DNA of 62,567 nucleotides, filler included, from Basidiobolus ranarum (Eukaryota): NCBI GenBank assembly GCA_040143965.1. It is 23 parts of 23 records of this genome, joined end to end, with 100 filler letters (N's around TTAATTAATTAA, not from the genome) between each part and the next. Parts side by side here need not be neighbours in the genome. Positions count along the whole stretch, not along the records: positions 10,929 to 13,556 come from JASJQH010009997.1; positions 13,657 to 16,284 come from JASJQH010009998.1; positions 16,385 to 19,012 come from JASJQH010009999.1; positions 19,113 to 21,739 come from JASJQH010010000.1; positions 21,840 to 24,465 come from JASJQH010010001.1; positions 24,566 to 27,191 come from JASJQH010010002.1; positions 27,292 to 29,916 come from JASJQH010010003.1; 16 more parts are not named here. One strand, 5' to 3'. Shown piece by piece: positions 13,240 to 27,931 of this stretch (position 1 is its first letter; each line of letters starts with the position of its first letter). The notes under the pieces were generated by a model. It saw only the letters and a program-made list of their open reading frames with translations, ran no database searches and was not told where the DNA came from. The position numbers and the translations under genes were made by a program.

Positions 13240-13556
13240 ATGAAATTCACTTCCTTGATTCTTGCTGCTGGCCTCTTTGTTAGCAGCGCAACTGCTGCGA
13301 AATGGCATTTCTACCTAACCTCCAAGGGTTCATTCTATGTTCCCGGTGGCGATGCTTACATGGATTTTGCTAATGGAGAGGGCTACAAATGTGCTGATAG
13401 ATGGGGCTTCAGTGATAGAAACACCTGGAACAGCATGGTCACTAGAACTCCTTCCTACCACTGCAGCGACATTTGGGGATGGGATCTTGATAACTACAAG
13501 GAGAAAGGAAACGACTATACTGGCTACAAAGCAACAGCCGATGTCATCCTTTACTA
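13240..13556 (+). CDS. Small secreted protein, copy 2 (cut by contig end)
   Basis: Identical protein over the visible length; TATATAAAAG at ~13180. Confidence 0.9.
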
Positions 13557-13656
13557 NNNNNNNNNNNNNNNNNNNNNNNNNNNNNNNNNNNNNNNNNNNN
13601 TTAATTAATTAANNNNNNNNNNNNNNNNNNNNNNNNNNNNNNNNNNNNNNNNNNNN

Positions 13657-14607
13657 AAACCCAAGGGAGAAGCAAAGGAGCCAGTGAGTTTAGGCTATAC
13701 TGTCCAATTTACCAAATTTTTCACACCATTATAAAGATTTGCAAATCAAGAGTCAGAAATACTCGCAAAAAGCTTAATTTCACCATGGAACTGGGTACAC
13801 CAGTTGGAAGAGTGCTAAATTCTGAAGTTAATCCAACACCTGGTACCCCTCAACAAGTCAAAACATTAGCAAATAAAACTCATGGCTCTCCATCCTCAGC
13901 TGATACTTTTCAAAGTGTTGAAATTAGTCCCAAAAGTAAGGGCAAGCAAAAAGCTGCACAAACACCATAAAGCACCATCAGTAGTGTCTAACTTCAAGGA
14001 CATACAAAAATTGACAAAGTGCTTGAGGAGTATTTTCAAAAGTATGAAGGAAAAAAGGCAGTGGAAGTATGCAGAAAGTGGCTTCACAAGAAGAACATTC
14101 AACTTGACATTCCATCTGATGATGACCATGCAGACATCTGGGAGGAACTTAATACAGAGACGAACATCATTGCAGGGTATCTGCCAGGTAGCTGGAAGAA
14201 TGTTGATTCAGCAATGTTAATACAATGGTGGGCTTTGATGGAGATATTGACACAAACTTGTGTTGGGTAAGAGCCAAACATTGGGTATGAAGAACTCTAT
14301 AAAAATATTCTGGAGAATATATCAAAGAGACTAGGGATTTCAAAGGTGACATATTAGCATTCAAGTGGTATTGTGTAAAATTTGAGTAACATTTTTTGCA
14401 CATTTGTTGATCCATAGTTCTCTGAGATTTTTGCCAATAATGCACAACTATTTTGCAAGATCTTGAAATTTCACTCCTGAAACTGAAAAAATTGATTAAA
14501 ATTTATCTAACTTGACAATTTTGTGATGGTAAGTGAACAGTCAATCCCAAATGGATTAAAATTGGGACAGTTTTTCTATGATAACAAACCTCAAATTTCT
14601 GTTAGGG
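13657..14607 (+). mobile_element. CACTA distal region (probable ORF2 3' part) and terminus with TIR
   Basis: Interrupted reading frames run into the shared terminal block ending ATTTCTGTTAGGG (14595-14607). Confidence 0.7.
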
Positions 14608-14938
14608 ATTGTAGCAGGAAAGGATAGAGGAAAATCTTTTTGTGGGCCTCAATCAAAGTTAGGGAAAGTAGTCAAAATCTCCATTAATTCTCAATACATT
14701 CATACTCAAAGATATCCATTGAGAGCTCTTTGCTTAAGACATTATAAATAAAGCTTTCATCATCTTTTGATAATGCAATAATGTCTAAAAGTTCTTTTCT
14801 TAAATATACCACATAAGCAAAATAAACTGTTTCCAGAATGGTAAACAACATTGTGCCAGATAGTGCCAAATCATGCCAATTTGTGCTGGCACACTTTTTA
14901 GCTGGCCTGATCCGGCTCAATAAAATGGAACAAGTCTA
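14608..14938 (-). mobile_element. End of a hAT-like TIR element
   Basis: TAGACTTGTTCCA terminus on the - strand and GATAGTGCCAAA motif, both shared with 2288-2471. Confidence 0.5.
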
Positions 14939-14939
14939 A

Positions 14940-16045
14940 TACATTCTTATGTCCTCAACTCACATTGGCAGGTCTCAGGCAGATACAGTAACTGTGCCAA
15001 AAGTTTGTTATTGGATATGAAAAACTTTCTTACAGGTTTAAAGAAGCTAGACTGAATCTATGCCTGTATTCAATATAATCTCTGCTACATGTTTTACAAT
15101 GCTTAGAGCTTATAGGCCCTTGCTATACATTCTGGGAGTTCCCAATAGAGTGCATCTGTGGTAAAATGATGCTCCATCTGGAATAGTCAGTATTACTGTA
15201 TGCTAATCTGATTAACTATGTATCAGCAAAATCAGTGATGGATGTAATGAAATGGGTTACGCAGACTCCAGAGTATATTAACCTACCAACAAAGGGCTCT
15301 GTTTATTGTGCTCAATGGATTTTTTCATTGTTTGAGCACAAAAACAGCAACAAAGCCCAATTTATGGATGCAGAGTGAGTATCTCTATAATCAGACCAAT
15401 TTGCATGTGTGATAATCTGATGGTATCTTTAGGAAAGCTGTAAGACAGACTTCTTGTCAAGATAGATCAAGATATGTAGTATATTTGTTTTAGCCTTGGG
15501 TTAATCTATTCCAGCAATGATATAACTACTTGTGGCATGACATTTGTTGACTGCAAGTTGGGGATATATTGGCTGAATTCTTTACGGAAATATGCCAAAA
15601 TCCATGAGCTTATTGTCATTGTGAATGGTAACAAGAGTCAGCTCTTTGCCAAGTGTCAGTGCCATTCAAAATTTCAGATGTTTAGCTATTTTTCCACTAT
15701 TAGTTTGCTTGTAAAGCATATTGATGTTGTTGAGTTATGTCTAATCAGTCAAGTATGTCCATATAAAGAGACTAAACAGAATAAGATTCTTCTATTTTTT
15801 GATTCTCATTATGGCTGAAATACAAAGCCTAAAATATCTAAATAAAGGCATTCATATTTATTCAAATTTCTATGGCAGTAAACCCAGTAAGTTGTCGTTC
15901 AAAAATTAAATTTTGCAAAAATTGTCAGATATTGAAAAATGCATGCCAAATGTTAGGATTAATATTTTAACCTATATGAATACCATCAAATACCATCAAG
16001 AAACTGCCATCACACCATCAAAATCCCTGGCAGAATGCAATCCAC
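14940..16045 (+). mobile_element. CACTA transposase 3' part and subterminal region
   Basis: FAKCQCHSKFQMF...KHIDVVEL shared with 9982-10401 and 55370-55484. Confidence 0.8.
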
Positions 16046-16284
16046 CAATATTGTGATTGTTTTCTGTGTCACAATGAGGAACTGGACAAGGACTGGGAAC
16101 AATAACAAGAGGCTAGAAGACAGGAGAGTACTTGGGTGTATACCACAAGACAAGACAAGACTGGACAAGTAAGATACTTTGGCAAAAATCTTTATTGATA
16201 ACTGGCTTTGATCAGACTGGGGTCTGATCAAGGAATACATGGGGCTTATATAGATATTGCAAGGTGAAACATAATATACTGAAT
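16046..16284 (-). repeat. Gypsy LTR, partial
   Basis: TGTCACAATGAGGAACTGGAC matches 55485 and the reverse complement of 22874. Confidence 0.85.
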
Positions 16285-16384
16285 NNNNNNNNNNNNNNNN
16301 NNNNNNNNNNNNNNNNNNNNNNNNNNNNTTAATTAATTAANNNNNNNNNNNNNNNNNNNNNNNNNNNNNNNNNNNNNNNNNNNN

Positions 16385-18263
<1,879 letters not shown>

Positions 18264-19112
18264 GGTTGTTTGTGATGTAAAGGCCTATGGTTAAGAAATT
18301 AACTACCCAATGGTTACCTTAAAGAAATATGTTCGTTCCGTGAGACGAATATACTGTGATGGCTTTGATACAAATAGCCCAGGGACGAAGAAATGATACA
18401 CAATATTCTAAGGGAGTGGCTAATAAAACTAGGTAGAGACTGAGATAACAAAAAAACAAATGGAATTGAGAAAGGGGGCCAAGAAGGTTATGTGAGCGTG
18501 AATGAGACTACGGAAAGTAAGGAGAATAATAGGCTTGGTTAATTGTGTTGATGGTTTACTGATCAATAGGAAAGAATAAACTATGAAAACTCACCAACCA
18601 ATAAACCCAATTCTGGTTTCTACCTGTCCGTAATTCTAACCGTACCTAACCAATATGTAAAAATAGCCGATTTTTACTTCTGCATGCCTATATATGGCCA
18701 ATCGATGTAAATAAATAGTCATGGTGAGCCCAAATTGCTAATAACTTGGCAATATCTCAAAAAGGGCGCTGAGTTTAAAATATCACAGGTTATAGCAATC
18801 GCAAAAGAATTTAGGGTTTCGCTGGTTTGCAACACAAGTTCCTGCTATTTTAACAAATAACTCATTGTATTACCGCAACATAAATCCTGCCATTTGAATG
18901 AATACCATTAAATCAATATTAGATCAGGATATATGCGTGATTAATTTCCGATCTTTTGAACGATTCATGCAATCTCAGATAAATACCGATGTTTATTTTA
19001 TGCTTATCTTGANNNNNNNNNNNNNNNNNNNNNNNNNNNNNNNNNNNNNNNNNNNNTTAATTAATTAANNNNNNNNNNNNNNNNNNNNNNNNNNNNNNNN
19101 NNNNNNNNNNNN

Positions 19113-19345
19113 TCGAAAATTATATTTTTGCAAAAATTGCTGGATATTGAATAACGCATGCCAAATTTGAGGATCAATATTTTAACATGTATGAATACTG
19201 CCAAGATACTGTCAAGAAACCGCTGTCACACCATCAAAATCCCTGGCAGAATGCAAGCCAACGATATTGTGACGGTTCTCTAACGGTTTTGCTATTTTGG
19301 AGGGTGGATCCAATCCGGATCAAATCGATTTTATTTTTGTTAGGG
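19113..19345 (+). mobile_element. CACTA terminus (transposase side) with TIR ATTTTTGTTAGGG; relatively unmutated copy
   Basis: Continues the transposase 3' region to TGTTAGGG; retains CpGs that are TG/CA in the other copies. Confidence 0.75.
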
Positions 19346-21739
19346 TGCAGAGTAGCCATTTTGAAAGTTAATGGTCTTGATGGTGTTTTGGTGGAACTTT
19401 GCATAACTATTGATTTACTTGTTGAAGTTTGTTGTCTATATCTTATTAGTTATCTCAATCTTTATACACCTAACTAATTCATATAACATATATAAGTAAG
19501 TTTACATTACTTGGTCAAATATAGCTTAGCTGAAAATTGGAACATGTATTATATCTATATGTGAATAATGTGAGAATTAGCAATTACATATTGGAAATCT
19601 CAAACTTATCCAAATTACCCCAAATATAGCTCATTTTACTCCCACAGATGTTCTGAAAACAACCCCAGTGTTAGTTTTCTGTATTTCCACCAAAATGTAT
19701 AAATGCTTTATTTCTGGACAATAAATAATTATCTCACAAAGCTATTAACAAGTCCAATTTTCTAAAGTTGCTCTAAAGAGCCCATATTTTCCCAAAATTA
19801 CTATGTAATTGGGGGATTACAATTTCTTCACTTGCACTATTGCTGGAAAGGAACACATCTGGTAAATTCATTAATGCTTCATCATTACTTGAGTTAGTTT
19901 CTGGCATGTTAGTGGCTTCCAAAGTTGATAGTGGATTACTACACTACTCATCAATTAGGACCTCTGTTCTTGCTGGTTTGTTTCCTTTTGTGGCAGCTGG
20001 CTTTGGCTTGGAAGCCAATTTTGATTTAGATTTTGATCCCTTTTTGAATGGCATTGTAATTTTCAGATGGTAAACTTGGTGTAATGTAATTGCTTGGAAC
20101 CAGCTTATAATAAACCAAAATTGCCATTCATTACCAGAAATATCTTGTAAATTGCCTGAAGACTTATCTGTGACACCATCTTAGAATCAATTGATGATAT
20201 TGATGGGCTATACTTAAAATACCACTCTTATGTAGGAAGTGTTCTTTTTTCTACAATATCCTTCTCATGCCACCATACACACATTTAAAGTAGCCCTGCT
20301 ATTATTGTCACAAATTTTTGTGTTATGAAAGCTGGAGGTTTCATAGAAAAATAATCACAAGCACAGTCACAGCAAGAGCCTCCAGCTGCACAAAGCATGG
20401 TTAATATCAACATTAATAAGTGCACAAAATTAACATTAGTTTTGCCCACCAAGTCCACTGGCTATGCTTTGCCTCAAAGCTTTGGTATCAGTGTTCAAAG
20501 TCAAGATACTGTGGAATACCACAGTTATATAACCACAATGATGTAGGTAGAAATGCACCTTGGGTCAAACCAATATTTCCAGACAACTTGAAGTACTTAC
20601 TTTTACATGTTGACCTTGATCATTCCTGCACTGAGGGTAGTATATTATATATCAATCCTGCACAGAGGGTTTTATATTATATATCATTCCTCCACTTAGG
20701 GTTGCATTTTATATATCATTCCTGCACTGATGGTTGTATTTCAGAAGTTGAAGAAGAAGATGATGGTTTTGTTATACACTCATTGTTATTGGCAAGCATC
20801 AGTCCCATCATAATAATTACAGTAAGGGAATCAGCTTTGATTATTGAGGAATGGACACTTCAATACATTCTTAGCAACCGGGTGTTTATTGGCTCTCTTA
20901 CACTTTTACGACAGTTGATTGGTAACTGTGGCTTGCAACAGACCAGTTACAAGTGGAAAACACTTCTCAATTGTATGACCTATAATCCTTCAGTAATTAA
21001 GCTACCTCTATGTCCCAATGGTTGTTTGGCAGTCACCAGTGATCTGGGCTACATAAGTCATGTAATGTTTGCACTCAATTGGCAATTGCTGAATCAGGTA
21101 AATATTTTTCATATTTGGCTTACATACCATTGATTCCCCATCTTAAAGCTTTGAGAAAATCACCCAATTATAGATCATATATTCCATACCAAATTCTCAC
21201 CATAAACCAGATGATATTACCAATATACTTGATGGATATCACCACTAAAATCTGAAACATCAAGGTTTCTTTGAGAACACATATGATCATGCATTTGCAC
21301 ATATATGTAAAGATCATTGATCCAATACCAAAGTACTCACCATAAAGCTGATGGTATTACCAATATACTTAATGGATATCACTACCAGAATCTGAAAAGT
21401 CAAGGTTTCTTTGAGAACATATATGATCATGCATTTGCTTTGGGTCTGGATGGTTTCTTGCTAAACATATATACTGTTGGGAAGGTTTACTGACCAATAA
21501 CTTTAATTAACATAAATCTTGCTCCTTCCAAATGGAACAAGAGTCATAATATTTTGACACAATCCATCATATCTGGACTGAAATCACCAGTACTTCTAGA
21601 TAGCTTCTTGGAGCCTTTGATTGTGGAATTTGAATGGTTATCTCATGGGGTTCAGATGGGTGAATATTTTAGTAGAGCCAATATAATTGTATATATTGGT
21701 GACACCTCTGCCATCAGTAAACCGGGAGCTTTTCACAGA
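19346..21739 (+). mobile_element. Second CACTA copy: ORF2 (to 20054, -) and transposase (from 20267, +), decayed, with local tandem duplications
   Basis: Homologous to 5467-8098; ~135-bp duplication at about 21170-21440; GDTSAISK motif. Confidence 0.85.
19420..19797 (+). repeat. Solo LTR, family C, with 5-bp TSD TTACT
   Basis: TGTTGAAG...CCCAAAA flanked by TTACT (19415-19419, 19798-19802); empty site visible at ~54220; reverse copy at 30128-30457. Confidence 0.85.
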
Positions 21740-21839
21740 NNNNNNNNNNNNNNNNNNNNNNNNNNNNNNNNNNNNNNNNNNNNTTAATTAATTAANNNNN
21801 NNNNNNNNNNNNNNNNNNNNNNNNNNNNNNNNNNNNNNN

Positions 21840-22874
21840 AATCCCAATACAAGAACTTTGCAGATAAGAAAAGAAAGCCAAGCCCAGATCTCCAGCCAGG
21901 AGATTATGTATGGCAACTCCCAAAAAATATCAAAACCAATAGATCTTGTGACAAACTTGATCTTAAGAGACTAGGGCCTTTTAATATTATTAAGCATATC
22001 AATTCCATAGCCTTCTGCCTTGAGCTCCCAGCCCATTTGAAAGTCCACAAAGTATACCATATATCTCTCCTAGAGCCGCATGCCAGAAACACCTTCCAGG
22101 GCCAATCTATTGTGCCATCCCCAGCAATACAGTTGAAGAACACCCTGAATATGAAGTTAGCAAAAAACTGGACTACAGAATTCATCAATGTAAATTGCAA
22201 TATTTAGTGGACTGGAAGCAATACTCAACATAAAATCAGTCATGAGAGCCAGCAGTAATTCCCTGCAATTCTAAGGAACTTTGCAATGAGTTTCATGAAA
22301 CCTACCCAGGAAAACCTGGCTGTATGACATCTGGAAGCCATCATGAAATGAGGGGATACTATCATGATTCTGATCTTGGCATACTCATTCACTGCAACAG
22401 AACTCTTCAATTATTAGATTCTGACTTCATATCTGCCATGCCATCCTTTCTCGGTAATCTTATGTTAGCACATCCAGATTACCTTATATGGAAGTCATGT
22501 TCTTTGGAACATTCCATGAAGTCAAACCAATCTGGTCTTCCCTCACTTAGTGTATTTCTACCAGACCTTCCATGGATGGTTACCTGATCATCCTTACATC
22601 ATCCCTCTTTGTATCAGTACTTATATTCCCCAGCACTTGAACTGATCCCAACATATTCCCTTTTCAGTAAATTATGCTTCACCCTGCAATACATATATAA
22701 GCTCCATGTATTCCTTGATCAGACTTCATTCTGATCAACACCTGTTATTAATAAAGATTCAAGCCAATGTAACTTCCCTCTCCAGTCTTGTCTTGTGGTC
22801 TATACCCAGGTACTCCCCTGCCTTCTAGCATCTTGTTATTATTTCCAGTCCCTGTCCAGTTCCTCATTATGACA
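21840..22874 (+). mobile_element. Chromovirus (Ty3/gypsy) 3' end: integrase tail, chromodomain, PPT, LTR 22360-22874
   Basis: LGPFNIIK...VYHISLLEP, EYEVSK..LQYLVDWK; purine tract GAAATGAGGGGA before the LTR, which ends TGACA. Confidence 0.9.
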
Positions 22875-24465
22875 CCCTCTGTAGTGTCATACTACAGCAA
22901 TGTATAACAATAGTAGACTTATCCATCAACTAGTTTGCAACTTACAAATTACTGAATGTGTGACGATACACAATTTATACTCTAACCTACCCAATGAAAT
23001 GTACAACCAAGATATATATAAGATTTTAGGCCAATCATTTGTCCCTCACTAACACAATATCTTGATTTTTGATTGGGCCCAATGACTCCTGTATTATGAA
23101 ACACCAGTAATTTTGGTATACTGGTGACAAATCACAGCACTCAATGATGGAGCAATCTGTAGTATGATACTATAAATCAGGATTGCTTGTTCATCATTTT
23201 TAAATCAGCAAACTATTCATACATTCATTTAAGCATCTAATTGGGTGCAAATGTGAACAGATTTATATATATCAAGCCAATACATCTGCACAAACTTTTT
23301 ATTGACAGACACTTTTTTTCAATTATAGTGATACCACTTGTATTAATAGGCTGTCATTGATTTTTTTGATATGTGACAATTTCACACTATCAGTGTTTCA
23401 TAAAGACATAAACAATTGTGATCCAACTAAAGCAGTTTATGCTATATTTAATGACAATACATATTGATTTTGCATGATGCAATAAACAGTAAAGATAGGA
23501 TAATGTAAGTATCAACAAGAGCATTCAGCAGTTGCCCAGGATTGAAGTGGTACATGCTTATTCACTTCTGTTATTTTTGTTGTCTCCTTGATATTTCCAT
23601 GGAAGGAACTTTGCTTGAACCTCTGTGCTGGGTTGGTAGGTTTGATCTTGCTGAAGTTCCTCTACCTTGGTCAGCATGTGTTGTGGTTTGAGATCTATGC
23701 ACTGTGGTATGTGTTGTAGTGGGGTAGTGTTGATACCCACTGACAGGCTGACTTATTTATACTCCAAGCTCATATTGTTATGGTTGCAAATTTCTGTTTT
23801 ATTATCCATATTTGACTTACCCATATTTTCTAGCCAATCATATCACACCATTAGTATTTTCCACAATTATTTTAGATTTATCAGTATTGATCAAAATTAG
23901 CCCTATTGTTTGCTGGAAAATTTTACAATCTTCCAAAACATTCCATAGGATTCTTGAAATATTTGATGATTGATTGAATTTTGATCAATCAAAACTTGAT
24001 TTTGCCAGAATATTCCACGACTCTCAGGATTATTCAACAATCTTCCAGAACATTGTATGAATTACTAATCATATGATTTATGATGATATCATAACCCCAG
24101 ATCCACACCAATGAAACTCTCTGGAACTTTCTGGAAATTCTCATTAGTAATCATTTCTATCCTCAGAAAAGTATAAATAGGAGCCATATCTTTTCAAATA
24201 AAAATCATCCAGGTTTTCATCTATCAAATACTACTTGGAATCACCTCTTATTTTCATCACCGCTTATGAGACCTTTGAAGAGGAAGCTCAAGAGAGACTA
24301 CTAGAGACAGTTACAGGCTACTGTGTGACTAAAAAGGACTTGACTGGACACTAAAGAAGTACTGACAGGTAGGTGTTATATTTCTGATACTTTATATTTT
24401 CCCTAGCTTTGTCTACATATGCAAGCAACTTTTCATATCCTTGGATTAATCACTACTAGTGCATC
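22875..24465. repeat. Unclassified CpG-depleted repeat-like sequence
   Basis: Nearly CpG-free like the transposons; no recognisable domain. Confidence 0.35.
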
Positions 24466-24565
24466 NNNNNNNNNNNNNNNNNNNNNNNNNNNNNNNNNNN
24501 NNNNNNNNNTTAATTAATTAANNNNNNNNNNNNNNNNNNNNNNNNNNNNNNNNNNNNNNNNNNNN

Positions 24566-25170
24566 ATTTGTCTTTAACATTAAGACAAATTGTGTTGAAG
24601 GCACTTTGTTCTTTTTTAACCTGGAGTAAAACTTAGGTTTCAGATAGTTTTGCATTGTTTTCTTCTCCTACAACAGGCCTCAAAGATCTTTTTCTTCAAG
24701 CAGCAATTTCATTTTAATTTTCCAAACTTGATGATTGGTTCCATCCAATTTTTCAGAAGAGAGAAAGTTCCAGAACTTTGAGCAGTAGACATTCCAGAGA
24801 GTGCAAGCTTGGGGCTCATAGCCTGTTAAAGTATTTGGGAGCCTGTTGGAAGTGGATTGGAGAATTAGAGGAATTGGTAGTTTTCACTTATTGATATATT
24901 GAGTAGAAAGTTGATATTTATAGTTTTGTCAAGATGTAAACAAACCAACATGTAGAGTGTGTTTAGGAAGGTCCCAGGAATATGTGTGCAAAGTTTGGGG
25001 CTTCTATCACAAGTTTGAAAGAGCTCTATAGCTTCAAACTTCTAAGTTGGTGTCAATATCTAAGTAAATTCCTCATGAGAATAATGGGTAATATCTTAGT
25101 TCAATATAAGATAACTAAGTACTAAACTATAAATAACTGAATAGGTGTTTAGGCAATGCTAGTTTCAACA
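24566..25170 (-). mobile_element. Copia family A 5' end: LTR 24824-25170, PBS, gag start
   Basis: PBS GGCTATGAGCCCC immediately after the LTR; gag EKLDGTNHQVWKIKMKLLLEEKDL. Confidence 0.9.
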
Positions 25171-25668
25171 CTCTCTTTAGTTTAGGCAGTGCTAATTTCA
25201 ACAACTATCACCAATAGATTCACCAAGATCAGTTAGTACATGTTTTGATGAATCGATTCTGATGAACTTTGCCTCTGATCAGAAATGTCAATATTAATTG
25301 ATATGTGCATCATCTAAACCTGTGTAATAATTATCATATCGTATCTTACAGTCATCAATAGGGTAAGTAAAGGATTCAGAGGTGTTTTCACAATTGTTTG
25401 CTTAAATAAATCCTATTACATGTACTAGTCTCCATCTAATAAACTGGCTGATATCATTGATTAGGATTACATAATTATGTAGCAGTGACCTAAGATGGAA
25501 CAAGTGAGATTGAAGTGATTTAAATTGATAGATGACACATTAGTAGAATTTACCGATTCATCAAATCATCAAATCACCAAATCAACCATTCATCGATTCA
25601 TTGCTTTAACTTGGAATTTTTCCACTTGGGAATCACTTTCAGTGTAGACTTTACTCCGTTCGTAAGAG

Positions 25669-26858
25669 ATGTCCATATTTGAAGGGAAGGTTAAACCCAA
25701 AAATGAAGAAGATACCATAGAAAATCCTTTGACTTTTCCTGAATTTGAAAATAATGACCAATACATGATACAAAAACGTTTACCTATGAGACCCAACATT
25801 TGTGTCATCTGTTTAACTTGTCTCACTTGTTCGGGGAAATATGGAAGTGAACTATGTACTTGTTTACCTACCGAAATCCAATGGAACATTAAGAAAGACG
25901 GTTACAAGGTGGACTTTCGTCGAAAAAGTGTTTCTTCTAGTAACGAAACCTTTTTAACTTGGTTACGGGCTAACCGATCCGCTAGATTGAGATGGAGTGA
26001 ACCTTATGAAGAGGTAAAAATATGTACTGGTTGTAACTCAGCTTGTTGGCGTTGGATGAAGAGTAAGTGATTATTTTAGTTTTCCTCTTAATTTCATTGA
26101 AAATTTTAATTTCAGTCATTATATTATTTTACTTGGTATTAGTGTATAGAGGTAACGAAGTTTCCGTTCAGTCATCTCCACAAGAACCCCCCAAAACAAG
26201 TTCCATCCTTTCTACACCTTTCTCTCCGAAATTAGGGACTTCTGAAGACGAGAAACCCCCTCAAGTTTCTGTAAATTTCGATAAACCTGAAAGCTCTCCT
26301 ATCAGCCCTAGATCACCTCAAGGAATCCACTCCGAAATTAAGACTGAAGTCACTATCCCGCAACCACAAGCTACAGTTGCTTTTGTCCCACCCAAGTCGC
26401 CAGTAAACAACTTAACCCCAAATCATAGGACTAACGAGCTACCTAACGAATCACCTAATTCGCCTGGAGTTCTCCCAAGACCCTCGGAGCTTGAGCATCA
26501 AGTAATTGCCAAAAGAAGTAGAAGGGAACTTCCCACTTACATCCGTGAGCGAGGAAAGGAAGACTCTCCCCTAAGCACACCCATATTGTTGAAAACAGTG
26601 ACAATCCGGACTAGTAAAAAGATATACAAAGATAGAATCGCCATCTCCCCTACAACCACGTTTGAAAGCGTTCTTAAATATGCTATACCAATCTCACCAC
26701 CTGAAGGGAAAAGGTTCGTGATGAAGAATGTGGACAAACAAATCGAGTATGTACCAGATGACTTCATTGCTGAGGCGATTCCAGGCGTTGAACATATTGA
26801 TATCTACGTGTATCTTGAGAGGATTCCCGAGGTTCAACTGGATGACTTTGATGATTGA
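25669..26858 (+). CDS. Unknown 369-aa protein: N-terminal Cys-rich domain, Ser/Pro linker, compact C-terminal domain; intron 26063-26142
   Basis: A GTAAGT...TAG intron joins the two ORFs in frame (394+716 nt); no stops; normal CpG content. Confidence 0.85.
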
Positions 26859-27291
26859 TTACCCGGTCTTGTACTTCCCTTATTTACCATATATTAATTG
26901 TACATTATCTCCGCTTCTTTGGGCCTCTTGATTCATTTTATATGATCGTTAGTTGATGTACATATTCTCTCCTTTCTTAATCTTTTTTATTTAGTTTATT
27001 CCAAGGCTTATATATCAAGATAGTAGGCAACTGTGATTTGCTATGGTTTGCTTTGGGTTAGGATAATATATGTTATATATTTTTGGATGTTGAGATAAAA
27101 TTGTGAAAGACATTACTACGAGACTTGAGGGTGAATGAAGCACCTGCGAGTTAATTACATGAAATACATCACCTTTTGCAAATCTGGTTTGNNNNNNNNN
27201 NNNNNNNNNNNNNNNNNNNNNNNNNNNNNNNNNNNTTAATTAATTAANNNNNNNNNNNNNNNNNNNNNNNNNNNNNNNNNNNNNNNNNNNN

Positions 27292-27515
<224 letters not shown>

Positions 27516-27931
27516 ATCTTATCATTTGCACTTTCACTTTGTGTATTCTGCAACTCGAATAAATCGTCTACTCTACACAAACATAATTCTAGTTTTACAT
27601 CATTGGTAAATTATATTGAATGGCTAGACGCTTGAACCTCAAAAACAACCTTTATTTTCGTTTCATTGAGTATGTAGTGTAGTGTATATATAATGACTGG
27701 GAAAAAACAAATATATCAGTTCAGTAACAATGTATCGTGGAGATTTGATTTATCTACATATCAAAACTTTTCATTAACTTTAACAAAGATGACTATAAAG
27801 GCAAACAGAATGTTATGAATATATCTAAACTATATAAATAACCTTAGTATAAAAAAGTAGGAACACAACTAAAAAAAGTTACAAGAAAGAGCTGCAGCAT
27901 ATTAAGGCTGCTTATTATCATTTTCAAACCA

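Noticed and set aside
22324..22587. ORFs conserved between 22324-22587 and 55635-55916
   Set aside because: Both lie within copies of the gypsy LTR; no coding evidence.
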